A stretch of 64,000 bases of DNA from the human T2T-CHM13v2.0 reference genome, Homo sapiens (GCF_009914755.1 NC_060930.1), one strand, 5' to 3'. Positions 47,137 to 61,227 are shown, counted from the first letter of the stretch. The notes: a model not told the origin generated them from the sequence alone. Made by a program: numbers and translations.

Positions 47137-47558
47137 TGTGGTAGACCAGGAGCCTTCAGTGCTGTTTGTCGATATTTCCAGTTCTGTTTTTGGAAACACA
47201 AGGGATAAAGTTTCGTCAGCTCCCTGAGTTTAGGCCCGGCCATATGTTTTGCTTTTACCAGTGAAATGTGAGTGGAAATGGCATTTCATATCTGAGTCAA
47301 AGCACCTAATTGCAGTGCTCAGTTACACAACCCTCTCTTCTGCCTCAGCATCATGGAAGCCTTTTTTGATAAAGAAGGGCTTGCTGAACCATCCTAAGGA
47401 GGAGAGCTTCCTTGAAGAGTCATGTGGGGCTGCTATGGACTTTGCTTAACTAAAAAAATAATAATAACTGTAATTTTTTTGTTTGTTTCTTGGAAAGCCA
47501 CTGAAATTTAGGGGCTACTTGTTACTGCAGTATAACCTAGGTTGTCCTTACTAATGCA
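47137..47558 (+). mobile_element. MLT1H/I-like MaLR LTR
   Basis: 'tgtggtagac...ccagtgaaatgtgagtggaa...aagccactgaaatttagggg...gttactgcagtataacctag...ctaatgca'. Confidence 0.75.
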
Positions 47559-47720
47559 ACAACTGAATAACCATTATTAACTATGTTAACATGTAAGAAA
47601 ATGGAGTAATTCAGAACACACCCACCTTAGGTAGACTGACACATGGAAGTCATCTCAAATTGTTCTGTGCGTGGTAAGGCCCTTTATACACAAACCTGCA
47701 GCACTAATTCAAGTTACCTC

Positions 47721-48015
<295 letters not shown>

Positions 48016-48160
48016 TCTCATTTTAATTCTCATATCAACACTATATGATAGGTAGCACTACCCACATTTCACAGGTAAGATTCACAGAGTTCCACTAACT
48101 TGCCCAAGACCACGTGTAATTGGCCAGTGTGATGGCAAATCCTAGGTTCTCTCCCTTAAA
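48016..48160 (-). mobile_element. MIR fragment
   Basis: 'ttaattctcatatcaac...aggtag...catttcacaggtaag...taacttgcccaagaccac'. Confidence 0.65.
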
Positions 48161-48559
48161 TTTGCTGCCTCCCAGAACTGATATAGATGGTTCCCTCCTG
48201 GTTCTATTAGTTTGTACATATTCACATGAAGCCAAACCCCACCACATGGACCAGGTAATTCATTTCCCTTTCTTACTATGCACTCTAACCTCAGTCTCAC
48301 TTGAATTCTGTCTGAATCAAGTGTCTGATAGACATTTCCCTTCAGTGTCAAGGAAACCAAATGGAAGAATGTGGATGGAATGGGGAAAATCCACCCCAAC
48401 TTCTGGAGAAAACAAACCAGATAATTGGTCAACAAGGGTGACCGTTATGCGTGAAGCACAGGCAAAATTTTTATGTCGCATGTACATTTAACAACAACAA
48501 CAAAACAGAATTTCAAAAGCTCTCAAAAGGCTATCCACTCTGTTTTTCTAGAAAAGATG

Positions 48560-48889
<330 letters not shown>

Positions 48890-49698
48890 TTATCAGTCTT
48901 AACTTCAATGATCTTCAATAAAATTTTCACTATTTCATACCATAATTTGTTTTGGGGAAACTCCCAAGTTTCCCCATATTTGCATATGGTCTTGCAGTCC
49001 AACATCAAGGTTATTATATGCAGGACAGAGGGATGCTCTTTCAGGGTAGGGACCCTGGCAATCGTATCAACTGATGGATCTCAGTGCCTCATTTAACGCC
49101 AGGCAGTAAGCCCTTAGAGACATTTGTTAAACAAATAAATAAAGTTAAAGAACTCATGACCACTGACATAGAGTACAAAATAAACACACAAATAAGAATG
49201 TGGTTTTACCAAAATGAAAGGAAGACTTGCTTTAGCCAATCACATGAATGATTGTCCCTCAAGATCTGGGTTATGCAACCATAACTAAGTTACATACAGG
49301 TCTTATTAAAGTCTAAACTCAAAAATGAAAAATGATTTCTTCCTGCATATTTAAGCTGAAAACCTCCTTAGGGGTTTCTGTTTTATGCACACTAATTTAA
49401 TATTAATAAGAAGTATATTGCTATGCCTAATATATGACTTTGGTGAGGGAAGAAATGTACATGGGGCTTTTGGACATTTTTGATGAGGGATCTGCTAGCA
49501 TCTGGACTTGGCTTTCACAAGTGTAAACAAAAGCTCAGTTGAATGAGCAATGGACGTGCCTTGCCGAGTTGCTAAGTAGCAAGACGCTATTTGAGGAAGC
49601 CCATATTCTTCTTTGAAGTGTAATTCACCTGGCTCAATGGCACCGTTGGACAGCTGGAATTTTTGAAGTGACCATTGCTATTAAAGATAAACAGTTCT

Positions 49699-50000
49699 GG
49701 CTGGGCACAGTGGCTCACGCCTGTTATTTGGTGTACTAGAGGCCAAGGTAGGTGGATCACTTGAGACCAGGAGTCTGAGACCAGCCTGGTCAACATGGTG
49801 AAATTTCCTCTCTACTAAAAATACAAAAATTAGCTGGGCATGATGGCGCACACCTGTGGTTTCAGCTACCTGGGAGGTTGAGGCACAAGAATTGCTTGAA
49901 CCCGGGAGGTGAAGGTTTCAGTGAGCCAAGATCACGCCACTGTACTCCAGCGGGGGCAACAGAGTGAGACCCTGTCTCAAAAAAATAGAATAAAATAAAA
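49699..50000 (+). mobile_element. Alu (AluS)
   Basis: Dimer with an altered segment near 49725-49740; TSD taaacagttc. Confidence 0.93.
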
Positions 50001-50098
50001 TAAACAGTTCCTGATTTAGCAAAGTCTAATTCCAATGTATGTATCATCATTCCACAGTGAAGGTAAGAGATAAGAGTCACCAGAGGGATTTTATCAAG

Positions 50099-50113
50099 TC
50101 TCTCTCTCTCTCT

Positions 50114-50156
<43 letters not shown>
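50099..50156. repeat. Compound microsatellite (TC)8(CA)21
   Basis: Direct reading. Confidence 0.97.
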
Positions 50157-50159
<3 letters not shown>

Positions 50160-50410
50160 CAATATGGTAGATATTATAAAGATGTAAGATATATCATGCA
50201 TATACAGATGTATGCCACGAAAATCAAGTTCTAGGAATCTACAATTTGGTATGAATGTGTCTGCTCTCCTTTGAACTATTAAGCCAACTCTGGACCCTGA
50301 GTGAATTTCCTTTCCTTCCTGTAGTTGGTTGTTTTAGGGAAAAGTTTAAACAAATGCTTTGTCCACTAGAATCACATGGAGGGATTATGGTCAAGGTCAT
50401 GCATAGGTAA

Positions 50411-50659
<249 letters not shown>

Positions 50660-50864
50660 TAACAAAGCTGAGATTATACATGTAGAAACTCTACAACCAA
50701 TATTTTGCAGTCAGCTTTTTGATAATGGGAAAAAGTTGGTTTTGCTCTTAGGATTTATTGGGTTTGGTTTCAGTCTCATTATAAACAATGCTTCATCTTT
50801 AACTTTCAAAGTAATGAGCTACAGTACAAAGCACTTTTCTGAACTGTTTGAGGATATGCTGGCG

Positions 50865-51282
50865 ACCAGATATCCCATCACCCAGAATACTTTAGTGTAG
50901 ATTTTTCCTCCTATGAAGGAACATTCTCCTACTAGACCACAATACAACCATCCAAGTCAGAACATTAACACTGATTGCGTTACCCTCGAATCCTCAGAGC
51001 CTATTCAAGTTTCTCCAGTTGTGGTTATAACATGCCCTATAGCAAAAGGATGCAGTCCAGAATTACACATTGCATTTAGCGATCACAGCTCTTCACTTTT
51101 CTTTTGTTAGAAACTGTTCCTCAACCTTTTCTTGGCTTCCATGAGCTGACCCACTTTTCAAGTGTACCAGAGGCTGACTTGATAGAATGCCCCTCCAATG
51201 TGCCCCGTTACAGGTGGTGTTCAGTTCAACTGCTTAAGATAATGTGTGCTAGGCTTCCCCACTGCCAATGTACTGTTTTTTC
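50865..51282 (-). mobile_element. L1MC-type 3' UTR fragment
   Basis: 'aatactttagtgta...acattctcct...ccacaatac...attaacactgat...cacattgcatttag'. Confidence 0.7.
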
Positions 51283-51283
51283 C

Positions 51284-51618
51284 CTTTCTTTTCTTCTTTC
51301 TTTTTTCTTTTTTTCTTTTTTTTTTTTTTTTTTTAGAAACAGAGTCTTGCCCTGTCACCCAGGCTGGGGTGCAGTGGTGCCATCATAGCTCACTGCAGCC
51401 TTGAACTCTTGGGCTCAAGTGGTCCTCCCACCTAAGTCTCCCACGTAACTGGGACTACATATGTGCACCAGCACACTAGGCTAATTTTTAAATTTTTTGA
51501 AGAGATAGGGTTTCGCCATGTTGCTCAGGCTGGTCTCAAACTCCTGGACTCAAGCAATCTGCCCGCCTCAGCTTCCCAAAGTGCTAGGATTACAGGTGTA
51601 AGCCACCACACGCAGCCC
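51284..51618 (-). mobile_element. AluJ
   Basis: 'catcatagctcactgcagccttgaactcttgggctcaag'. Confidence 0.95.
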
Positions 51619-51811
51619 ACTTGATTATTTGGAAAGATGTGCTTTCATCAAGCAGAAGTCTGAAACATTCATTGTAATAAATTTGAAGCTAGAAGGTACC
51701 TTAAGGATAATTTAATTCAATCATTTTATTTAGGAACTACTTAATTTCTAGGGATAATTTTGCTTATTCTGATTAAGATAAATTGAGTCTTATTTTTAAA
51801 AAAAATTTGTT

Positions 51812-52060
51812 GGCCAGGCACAGTGGCTCACGCCTGTAATCCCAACACCTTGGGAGGCTGAGGTGGGAAGATTGCTTGAGTCCAGGAGTTTGAGACCAGC
51901 CTGGGCAACACAGTGGGACCCCATCTCTACAAAAAATTTAAGAAATTAGCTGGGCATTTTGACCAGGTCGAGGCTGCAGTGAGCTGCGATCATGCCATTG
52001 CACTCCAGCCTGGGTGACAGAGTGAGACCCTGTCTCAAACACACACACACACACACACAA
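51812..52060 (+). mobile_element. AluJ with right-arm internal deletion and (AC)n tail
   Basis: Junction 'tagctgggcattttgaccaggtcgaggctgcag'. Confidence 0.92.
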
Positions 52061-52351
52061 CCCATAAAACTTCTGTATAAATGAAGATGTGGTTATAAAG
52101 GAGCTTCTGGAGTCAGAGACTCTGTCTCAAAAAAAAAGAATGGAGCAGACTTAGGAATGGGAGGCTGAGGGGAAGCTGACCAGGGATAAATGGAGAAAAG
52201 CAACAAAGCAACCAATCCCTTCATGAGCCTGATTTGATTGGGGCTAAGAGGAATTTATAAACGTACAGTGAGAGAACACAGCCTGCCTTGGGAAGTTGAG
52301 TGGATTTATGTCTCTCCAGTCACGTGAAATCTTTAGGTGATGTACTTCAGA

Positions 52352-52828
52352 TGTGATTGAGGTCAACTGCAAATAATAGAAAATCAGAAGATAGTGGCCT
52401 AAAGGAATAAGGGTAGATTTGTCTTAGAAGGTTGGAGGTTACTGGTTGCTGGCAGTGGTTCAGTAGCTGAAAGATGAAGGCCAATATCTCTGATTCCCTT
52501 GGCCTTTCTCTCATGATTCCAAGATGTTGCTGTAGCTTCAGGTACCATGTCTGCATTTGAGACAGGAGGAAAGGAAGAGCAGCATTGCCAGACATATTGG
52601 TCCTGTTTCATCAGGAAAACAAAAGGCTTATTCAGGCCCTTCCTCACTACCCCTCCCAGTAGGTAGTCATCCACTGAACGTCAGTCTAAGGTCTCACATC
52701 ATCACTTCCTGCTACAGTGAAGCCTGGGAAAGTGAGGACTTAACTTTCCCAGTTTCTATAGTAGAGGCATGAAAGAAAAAAGCAATTAGGAATGGATTTT
52801 GGGTCCATCAGTCTATTTGTCTGCCACA
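52352..52828 (-). mobile_element. MLT1L/K-like MaLR LTR
   Basis: 'gcaaataatagaaaa...agtggcctaaa', 'caagatgttgctgtagcttcagg', 'gcctgggaaagtgag', ends 'gtctgccaca'. Confidence 0.7.
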
Positions 52829-53129
52829 AGAAGACGGATCATTTATTTTTCATATCTCATTTGGAAGACAAGAGAAGTTTCAGTTGGACACAAGAAAAAA
52901 AGTATTTACCCTGAGGTCAGCCTACTGTGGCAGACAGTGTAGACAGTGATGCCTCTATCTTTGAAGAGCTTCCAGTTGTGAAAGAATGGGTTTTAGAAGA
53001 TTTAGACATTCGGTTTCCTGAATCCTGAAGACTGACCAGATGATTTCATTAGATCTATAATCATTTGATTCACTACTTCAAAGCAATATGTTCCCGACCT
53101 CTCAAAGCACTGTGAAATACCAAAAAATA

Positions 53130-53141
53130 CAAGATGGCCGC
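53130..53141 (+). promoter_or_regulatory. YY1-type motif in unique DNA
   Basis: CAAGATGGCCGC, 11/12 match to CAAGATGGCGGC, with adjacent CpGs retained. Confidence 0.4.
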
Positions 53142-53880
53142 GCCTCCATCCTTCAGCCCTTCTCCCCCTCTATCCGCTTCATTGGAAAACTTCCAAAGGC
53201 ATTTTGGTTTAGTGGTTCTAAGCCTAATGCTGTTTCTCCTATTCAAAATTGGTTTCAAGTATGTCATGAAAAAATAAAGTACTCGAAAAATGAAGTTCAA
53301 GTAAAACATCAGGAAATCAAGATTTGTTTAGTTTATTGAAATGCATTTGGATAAAGCCAAACGTTGATCAATTACTTGAATATGATGGGAGCATTTTACA
53401 GGAGAGTCACAAAACTTCTCTAGCCATAATTTTATAAAAGGTTGTGTGTTCTGCTTATTTTTAAGTAAATACACTTGCAAATCACTTGGCAAACCTGTTG
53501 AGAGCCCATGGTTTCTTTCTGCTTCACCTCGGTTTTGGCTATACCAGGTTCCCTAATGGCAACAGCTAACCTTTTCCAGACAATCCTTCATGCCCCAGGG
53601 GAGGAAAGACAATGCCGCATTGTGAACTCACACGAGGTTTGCAAATGTGGTGCAATTTTGGTGTACTAGTGGCCTGAACTTTACAAACCCACCAAAGAGT
53701 CCAGCCAGCCTGGACTTGTTAGCCAGAAAGCATGAGAAAGACTGGTAAAAATCCCTTTTCTTCACCACGTTTAAAGAAGATCTAAAAGAGACTTTCTTAC
53801 CTCCTAGACTTTTTAACAACTAGAATGAGAACTGGGATTGGTTTCACAATAGCCAAACAAATGATCTCTTTCACACATAC

Positions 53881-54020
53881 TTTTTTTTTTTTTTTTTTGA
53901 GACGGAGTCTCGGGGTTTCACCATGTTGGCCAGGCTGGTCTCGAACTCCTGACCTCATGATCCGCCCGCCTTGGCCTCCCAAAGTGCTGAGATTATAGGT
54001 GCGAGCTGCCGCACCTGGCC
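53881..54020 (-). mobile_element. Alu (AluSg-like) missing almost the whole right arm
   Basis: 'gagacggagtctcg|gggtttcacc' junction; TSD tcacacatactt. Confidence 0.93.
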
Positions 54021-54188
54021 CTCACACATACTTATTTTTATTACATTCCCACAATCGCTTAGGGATCCTATTAGCGTCTATTGCCTCTGCAGAGTTTTGA
54101 TAAGCAAAAGCTCTTGTTTTCACCTTGCACCAGGCTCTATGTGAAGTGCACCATAAGTTATCCCTAATTCATTTATCCATTCAACAGA

Positions 54189-54490
54189 TTTTTTTTTTTT
54201 TTTTTGAGGCAGGGTCTCCCTGTGTCACCCAGGCTGGAGTGTAGTGGTGAATTCACAGCTCACTGTAACTGTAAACTCATGGGTTGAAGCGATCCTCCCA
54301 TCTCAGCCTCCTGAGTAGCTGAAACTACAGGTACCTGCCACCACACCCGGCTATTTTTCTTTTAAATTTTTTAGAGATGGGCTCTTACTGTGTTCCCTAG
54401 GCTGGTCTCAAACACCTGGCCTCAAGCGAGTCTTCCTCCTTGGCCTCCCAAAGTATTGGGATGACAGGTGTGAGACACCACACCCAGCTC
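54189..54490 (-). mobile_element. AluJ
   Basis: Antisense dimer; TSD ccattcaacagatttt. Confidence 0.95.
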
Positions 54491-54559
54491 CATTCAACAG
54501 ATTTTTATTGAGCATCTACTTATGAGCTGGTGTTCTGTGTTGGAAATACATGCTATTGC

Positions 54560-54730
54560 TAACCCTCACAACATTACAAGGGAGTTGTGATTAGCTACAT
54601 TTTAAAAATGTAAAAAACTAAGCCCCAGGGAGAATAAACAACTCTCCAGGTCACACAGCAAGTCTGTGGCAAAGCTAGGAACTGACTGTCGGCTCTGTTC
54701 CACTCCATATTCCATGTGCCTTACACAGTG
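54560..54730 (-). mobile_element. MIR
   Basis: 'cctcacaac...cattttaaaaatgtaaaaaactaagcccc...aggtcacacagcaagt'. Confidence 0.65.
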
Positions 54731-54803
54731 TCTCACTGCTGCCTTCTTCCTGTCAACCAACTTTATCACAAAGGCCTAGCATTTTGAGACTACAATTCAT
54801 GAA

Positions 54804-55109
<306 letters not shown>

Positions 55110-55563
55110 AATTCATGAACATTTAAGGTTACTCTGCCAAAACAGGTGACACTCCTGGTACAAAAATTCAAAGCAGGACCTTGCCTTTCAGTGAGGCTGG
55201 TATAAAATTTCCTTCACTCAGTCCCTCTCCTTCCTCACCAGCTCATCTTCAAAATATGATTTCAGAAGACTTTAGTTCTAGGGATAGCTAATCCATGCTT
55301 CTGTTAATCACCTTGGCGGACTAGCCTCAGATTGGGAATTCAACACATCCTGGCAGGAATATCCTCAGAGAGGTGAGGAAAAACACCCATCTGCAGTCAG
55401 GAGGCCCTGCGTGTCTGATCTACTTGCTCACCATCAGGACAGCTCTTAGTGGTTTAGCTCTGTATGGTCCAAGTTCAGGGTTGTGAGAAACAAATGAGAT
55501 AACACATGTAACAGCAGCTTGACAATTGGAAGGTAATATATTTTAAAAAGATGATGATCCTAG

Positions 55564-56065
<502 letters not shown>

Positions 56066-56182
56066 TGAGCATAAACACGACTGTGGTCAAAAGTGGGCCC
56101 TCTCTGTTCCATCAATCTTCTAAAAGCCAAATATGATGATTTAGCAAAGAAAGATATCTAGTGGAATATCCATCACAGCTTC

Positions 56183-56293
56183 TTCTTTTTTAGAGATGGG
56201 GTCTTACCGCATTGCTCAAGCTGGTCTCAAACTCCTGGGCTCAAGTGATCCTCTTCCCTTGACCTCCCAAGTAGCTAGGGCTACACACTCGAC
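56183..56293 (-). mobile_element. FLAM_A-like free Alu monomer
   Basis: Left-monomer 3' end joined to 'cccaagtagctagggctaca'; TSD tccatcacag. Confidence 0.8.
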
Positions 56294-56450
56294 TCCATCA
56301 CAGGTTCTGAATGGAAGGTTTATAGTGTATCAGAGCCTCATGAAGGCAGGGAGCTACTTCCCTTGTGGTTGGTGAACCTCAAATTGCCTCTATATGGCCA
56401 TAAGCAAAAATCACAGAGGCGGATTTTGATGTGTCTAAAGAGGCAGGCAC

Positions 56451-56733
56451 GGCTGGGCACAGTAGCTCAAGCCCATAGTCCCAGCACTTTGGGAGGCCAA
56501 GGCAGGCAGATCACTTGAGCTCAGGAGTTCAAGACCAGCCTGGCCAACGTGGTGAAGCCCCACCTCTACACACAAAAATGTACAATTAGCCAGGTGTGGG
56601 GGCATGTACCCATAGTCCCAGCTACTTTGGAGGCTGAGGCAGGAGGATTTCTTGAGCTCGAGAGGTCAAGGCTGCAGTGAGCTGAGATCACACCACTGCA
56701 CTCCAGCCTGGGAGCAAGATCTTGTCTCAAAAA

Positions 56734-56764
<31 letters not shown>

Positions 56765-56765
56765 A
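56451..56765 (+). mobile_element. AluJb-like with (AAAT)n tail
   Basis: 'aggtcaaggctgcagtgagc'. Confidence 0.95.
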
Positions 56766-57100
56766 GACACAGGTACAAAGGAAAGAAAACGAGGAACACT
56801 TGTGCTGGTCTAAAGCCCTCTGTAAAAAAGGGTGGTGCGTTTCCCATGTACTGAACCCCAGGGGGAAGGCGCATCACCTGAAGCCCATTTTCTACCTCCT
56901 CAAATAACTTCTCCAAAGCCCTGGTCTCCTTTCCTCCTTTCCCTCACCAGCCTACTGCCCGTTTCCAACCAGCTCCTTTGTTTCCAGGTTTTACACTGCC
57001 ATCTCTAACTTTGTAACTCCTACTGGGAGTGATGAGCCCTTTGTCAAAAGCATGCATAGTGTCTTCCAAAGACTGGTTTACAAAGACGGAGCTGGGTAAT

Positions 57101-57102
<2 letters not shown>

Positions 57103-57131
<29 letters not shown>
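57103..57131 (+). repeat. Isolated A29 homopolymer
   Basis: 29 uninterrupted A, no recognisable Alu/L1 body upstream. Confidence 0.95.
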
Positions 57132-57169
57132 GCACTCCCTGCCAGGAGGGATGTCAAGGTTTCAGTCTT

Positions 57170-57330
57170 ACCTCTGCCTTTTGCATGTTACAGCATCTTG
57201 GGCAAAGCCTTTCACCTCCCTGAGCCACAGTTTCCACATCTGGAAAACTGGTAACAATCCCTGCTTGTTCGTTCCATATAAATCAAGTGAGATGTGGATA
57301 GAAATGCTTGGAAACACTCTACAAATCTAA
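57170..57330 (+). mobile_element. MIR
   Basis: 'cttgggcaaagcctttcacctccctgagccacagtttccacatctggaaaactgg'. Confidence 0.75.
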
Positions 57331-57610
57331 AAGGTCCTGTTTTCCCCTCACTTATCCTATGACAAATACTGTCATTCAGTAAATGATTATTGAGTGCCTC
57401 TGATGGGCCACACTGGGCTGGGCCCTGGAGATACAGCAGTAAATATGGCATGTTCCCTGACCTCAGGGAGCTCACCTGGGGGTGGGGGGACAGCAGTGTA
57501 ATGAGCAATGAAAATAAACTCAGCTCAATCTCATAAGTGAACCCAGGAGGGGTGCCCAGCTTGGACTGAAGGGTTTTGCAGGGAGAGGGCTAACAACACA
57601 GCATTCTCTA

Positions 57611-57997
<387 letters not shown>

Positions 57998-58169
57998 AAA
58001 AGCAGCATGTACAAAGGCAGGAAAAAATGAGGGTATGGGAAGTTTAAAGTATGGCAAGTATTTATTTCATTCTAATGGGGCCTAAGGTAAGGAGGCCAGG
58101 GAGGTGTGACTCTGGAGAGTCAGGCAGGAGGCACATGTTGGGTGCCATGCTGCGTGCTTGTGATTTGTA

Positions 58170-58335
58170 TATACTGCAAGGGGTACCAGGTGTTGTTCTA
58201 GTACATTCCATGAATTAACTCCCTTAATTCTCCCAGCAACCCCATGAAGTATGTCCTATTATTGCTGCTTACAGAAGAGGAAATGGAAGCGCAGAGAAGT
58301 CCAGTAACTTACCCAAGGTCACACAGCTGGGAAGT
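58170..58335 (-). mobile_element. MIR
   Basis: 'ttaattctcccagcaaccccatgaagta...ttacagaagaggaaatggaagcgcagaga...taacttacccaaggtcacacagct'. Confidence 0.8.
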
Positions 58336-59147
58336 TTGCCAAGGAGTTGGGTTTTGCCCTAAAACTGTTGAGAAGCAACTAAGAGATGTTAAGCAGGTTT
58401 AGAGAAGCCTGATCAGATTGACTTTTTCTTATTCTGGTGCCTCTCTGTTTCTAGGCTTTTAGATAATTTCTTGGCAGCCTGCGTAACTAATAAAGTATAT
58501 GTCACTTTCTCATGTGGAAATTTGTATTGTTTGTTTAAATACTTAATGATTATCTCTTGGGCTTATCAATGAAGCAATCCAGTAATTGAAGTCTTCTGGA
58601 ATGGGGTAGATTATAAACGGAAATTTATACTTAATGGATTTTGCTTTCCTCTTTTCTGTAATAACCTTTTGTCAGAGATAAATAGAACAATCAGTGGACT
58701 TGAAAAATACAAAAGCTTATAAATAAGACACAATATATAGCAATATATACCAAAAAGCCTTAAACTATTCAGACTCTTTTTTAGTTCACTTTAGTTCCAG
58801 GAATTAAAATAAACTCATCTTAAGTACATAATCAGGTACACTAAGTTACACATTCAAGAAGAGTGTTATTTAGGTAACAGGCATGAATTCCTCCTGATGC
58901 TTGGATACCATATAACCTTTCTAAACAAATCAATTCTGGTTTGTGACCATCAGCCAGCATTGGTGGGAAGCTCAATCTTTTTTTTTTCTTTTTTCTTTTT
59001 TTTTTAGTTGTAGTTTTCCTCTTTTATCCATCCTTTGGAATTGTGGAGAATCCTTGAACATGTACAGTACTGGAATTTAGGAAAGGTGGTTCCTAGTTTC
59101 CCTAATGAGGCTTCCATGCATATGGTGATGGCCAGCACCGCTGCTGA

Positions 59148-59155
59148 TGACGTCA
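59148..59155. promoter_or_regulatory. Perfect palindromic CRE (TGACGTCA)
   Basis: gatgacgtcacg with the CpG intact, in unique DNA. Confidence 0.4.
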
Positions 59156-59184
59156 CGACCCTTAGGTAGAAGTCAACCACAAAA

Positions 59185-59457
59185 GCTGGGTGCTACAGCT
59201 CATGCCTATAATCCCAGAAATTTGGGAGACTGAGGTAGGAGGATAGCTTGAGGCCAGACGTTTGAGACCAGCCTGGGCAAAAAAAGTTTTAAAAATTAGC
59301 CAGGTGTGGTGGTGCATGCCTGTAGTTCCAGCTACTCAAGAAGCTGAGGGAAGAGGCTGACTTGTGCCCAGGAGTTCGAGACTGTAGGGGGCTATGATGG
59401 CACCACCGCACTCCAGCCTGGGTGAGAGAGAGACCCTGTCTATTAAAAAAAAAAAAA
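59185..59457 (+). mobile_element. AluJ (Jo/Jr-like) with left-arm deletion
   Basis: 'ggaggatagcttgaggcc', 'gctatgatggcacc'; degenerate TSD agtcaaccaca/aatcagccaca beyond the GA tract. Confidence 0.9.
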
Positions 59458-59619
59458 GAGAGAGAGAGAGAAAGAAAGAAAGAAACAGAGAGAGAGAGGA
59501 AGGAAAGAAGGAAGGAAGGAAAGAGGGAGAAAGAAGAAAGAAGGAAGGAAGGAAAGAAAGAGAAAGAAAGAGGGAAAGAAAGAGAAAGAAAGAGAGAAAG
59601 AAAGAAGAAAGAAAGAAAA
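59445..59619 (+). repeat. 175-nt polypurine (GA/GAAA/GGAA) tract derived from the Alu tail
   Basis: All purines except a single C at 59486. Confidence 0.95.
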
Positions 59620-60054
59620 TAAATCAGCCACAGAGACACAGGGTAGTTCCCACCATCTCCACAGTTGCTCTTCCAGGGTTCTGCCAGCTTCAGGATGCCA
59701 CCACCAGCCTCTTAGGAATCCAGGCTTCTTTCCCAGTCTTGAAATACTGTGCCCTTTACTTCTAGAATTTCACAGCCCCCAGGCCTTTCCTGTCTAGGTA
59801 GGACTCCCCAGTATATTGGACTTCCAGTGGACTCACCTTCTTGAGCACAATTTTGAAAACAAGGAACTGTTAACTTGCCCCTAGGACTAAGAGAAACCCA
59901 GATTGCTATAACCCAAAGCCCCACCACTGGGCTCTAGGGAAGGAAAGAAAGACTTCTCTTGTTTTTATAATGCAGCTACAGCCTAGAAAGCAGGCACAGT
60001 TTATTCTCAATGTATTCTGCTGCATTCAATTTTTAATAAATCTTTTGATTACAT

Positions 60055-60405
60055 TCATGATAAATCTAGAAAAACCTTAAATGTCCTATTGAGGAGATTA
60101 TACACTGGAATAATATGCAGCGACTAAAGGGGTCAAATTTTTTTAAAAAAAAAACCATTTTAGTGATTTGAAAACCGGATCTTGATATTCCCATGTTTTA
60201 AAAGTAGGTTGCAAAGCAGGGTATGCAATTTAAGACCAATCTCAGAATTTATTTACACACACACACACAATACTCTGTCACAGACAATCAGTGCTTGTCT
60301 CAAGAGTAGAGGGATTATGATTGAGGTTTATTTTCCTTATTATGCCTCTGTGCACTTTTCCAACTTTCCCGATTTCTTCGTATACTTGAATTACTTTTGT
60401 AATAA
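60055..60405 (+). mobile_element. Old L1ME-type 3' fragment
   Basis: 'aaaccttaaatgtcc...ggaataatatgcagc...gggattatgattg...tgaattacttttgtaata'. Confidence 0.55.
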
Positions 60406-60436
60406 TACTCCCTGGCACAGTAAGTACAATGATGCT

Positions 60437-60470
60437 TGTGTGTGCGTGTGCGCGTGTGTGTGTGTGTGTG
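60437..60470. repeat. (TG)n/(CG) alternating tract
   Basis: tgtgtgtgcgtgtgcgcgtgtgtg... Confidence 0.93.
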
Positions 60471-60797
60471 GCATTGGTCCTTTTCTTGGAGTGCTTACCT
60501 CATGTAAATGAAGTACCGACCTGTCCCAACAGACTTTGGTTGGGAATAAGAAATTAACTTGAAAAGAGAATAAAATAACAACGTGGAAAGAAAAATACAA
60601 CATACAGAAGGTATAAGACAAAAACTTAAATATTTATCAGGATAACAGTACTGTAGTATTTTTAAAATACTTTTTGTTTCTCCTTTAGTGATATAATCAA
60701 TGATACAAATATATATTTTGTTTTGGCCAAAATTAGCTTTTGAGCAATGTGTAATATTCAGTAATAGGCCTAATGTTTGGATATCTGTGTTGAATAG

Positions 60798-61119
<322 letters not shown>

Positions 61120-61227
61120 TAATTTGCTGTGTGATTAAGAACAAGTTGATAACCTCTCTGGATGACTTTACTCAAGTAATCTTTACTCAAAGATTACTTT
61201 GTCCATCTTTCATTTTTACTTTGTTAT

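Noticed and set aside
59289-59765. Lys/Glu/Arg-rich and Phe/Ser/Leu-rich ORFs
   Set aside because: Translation of the polypurine microsatellite.
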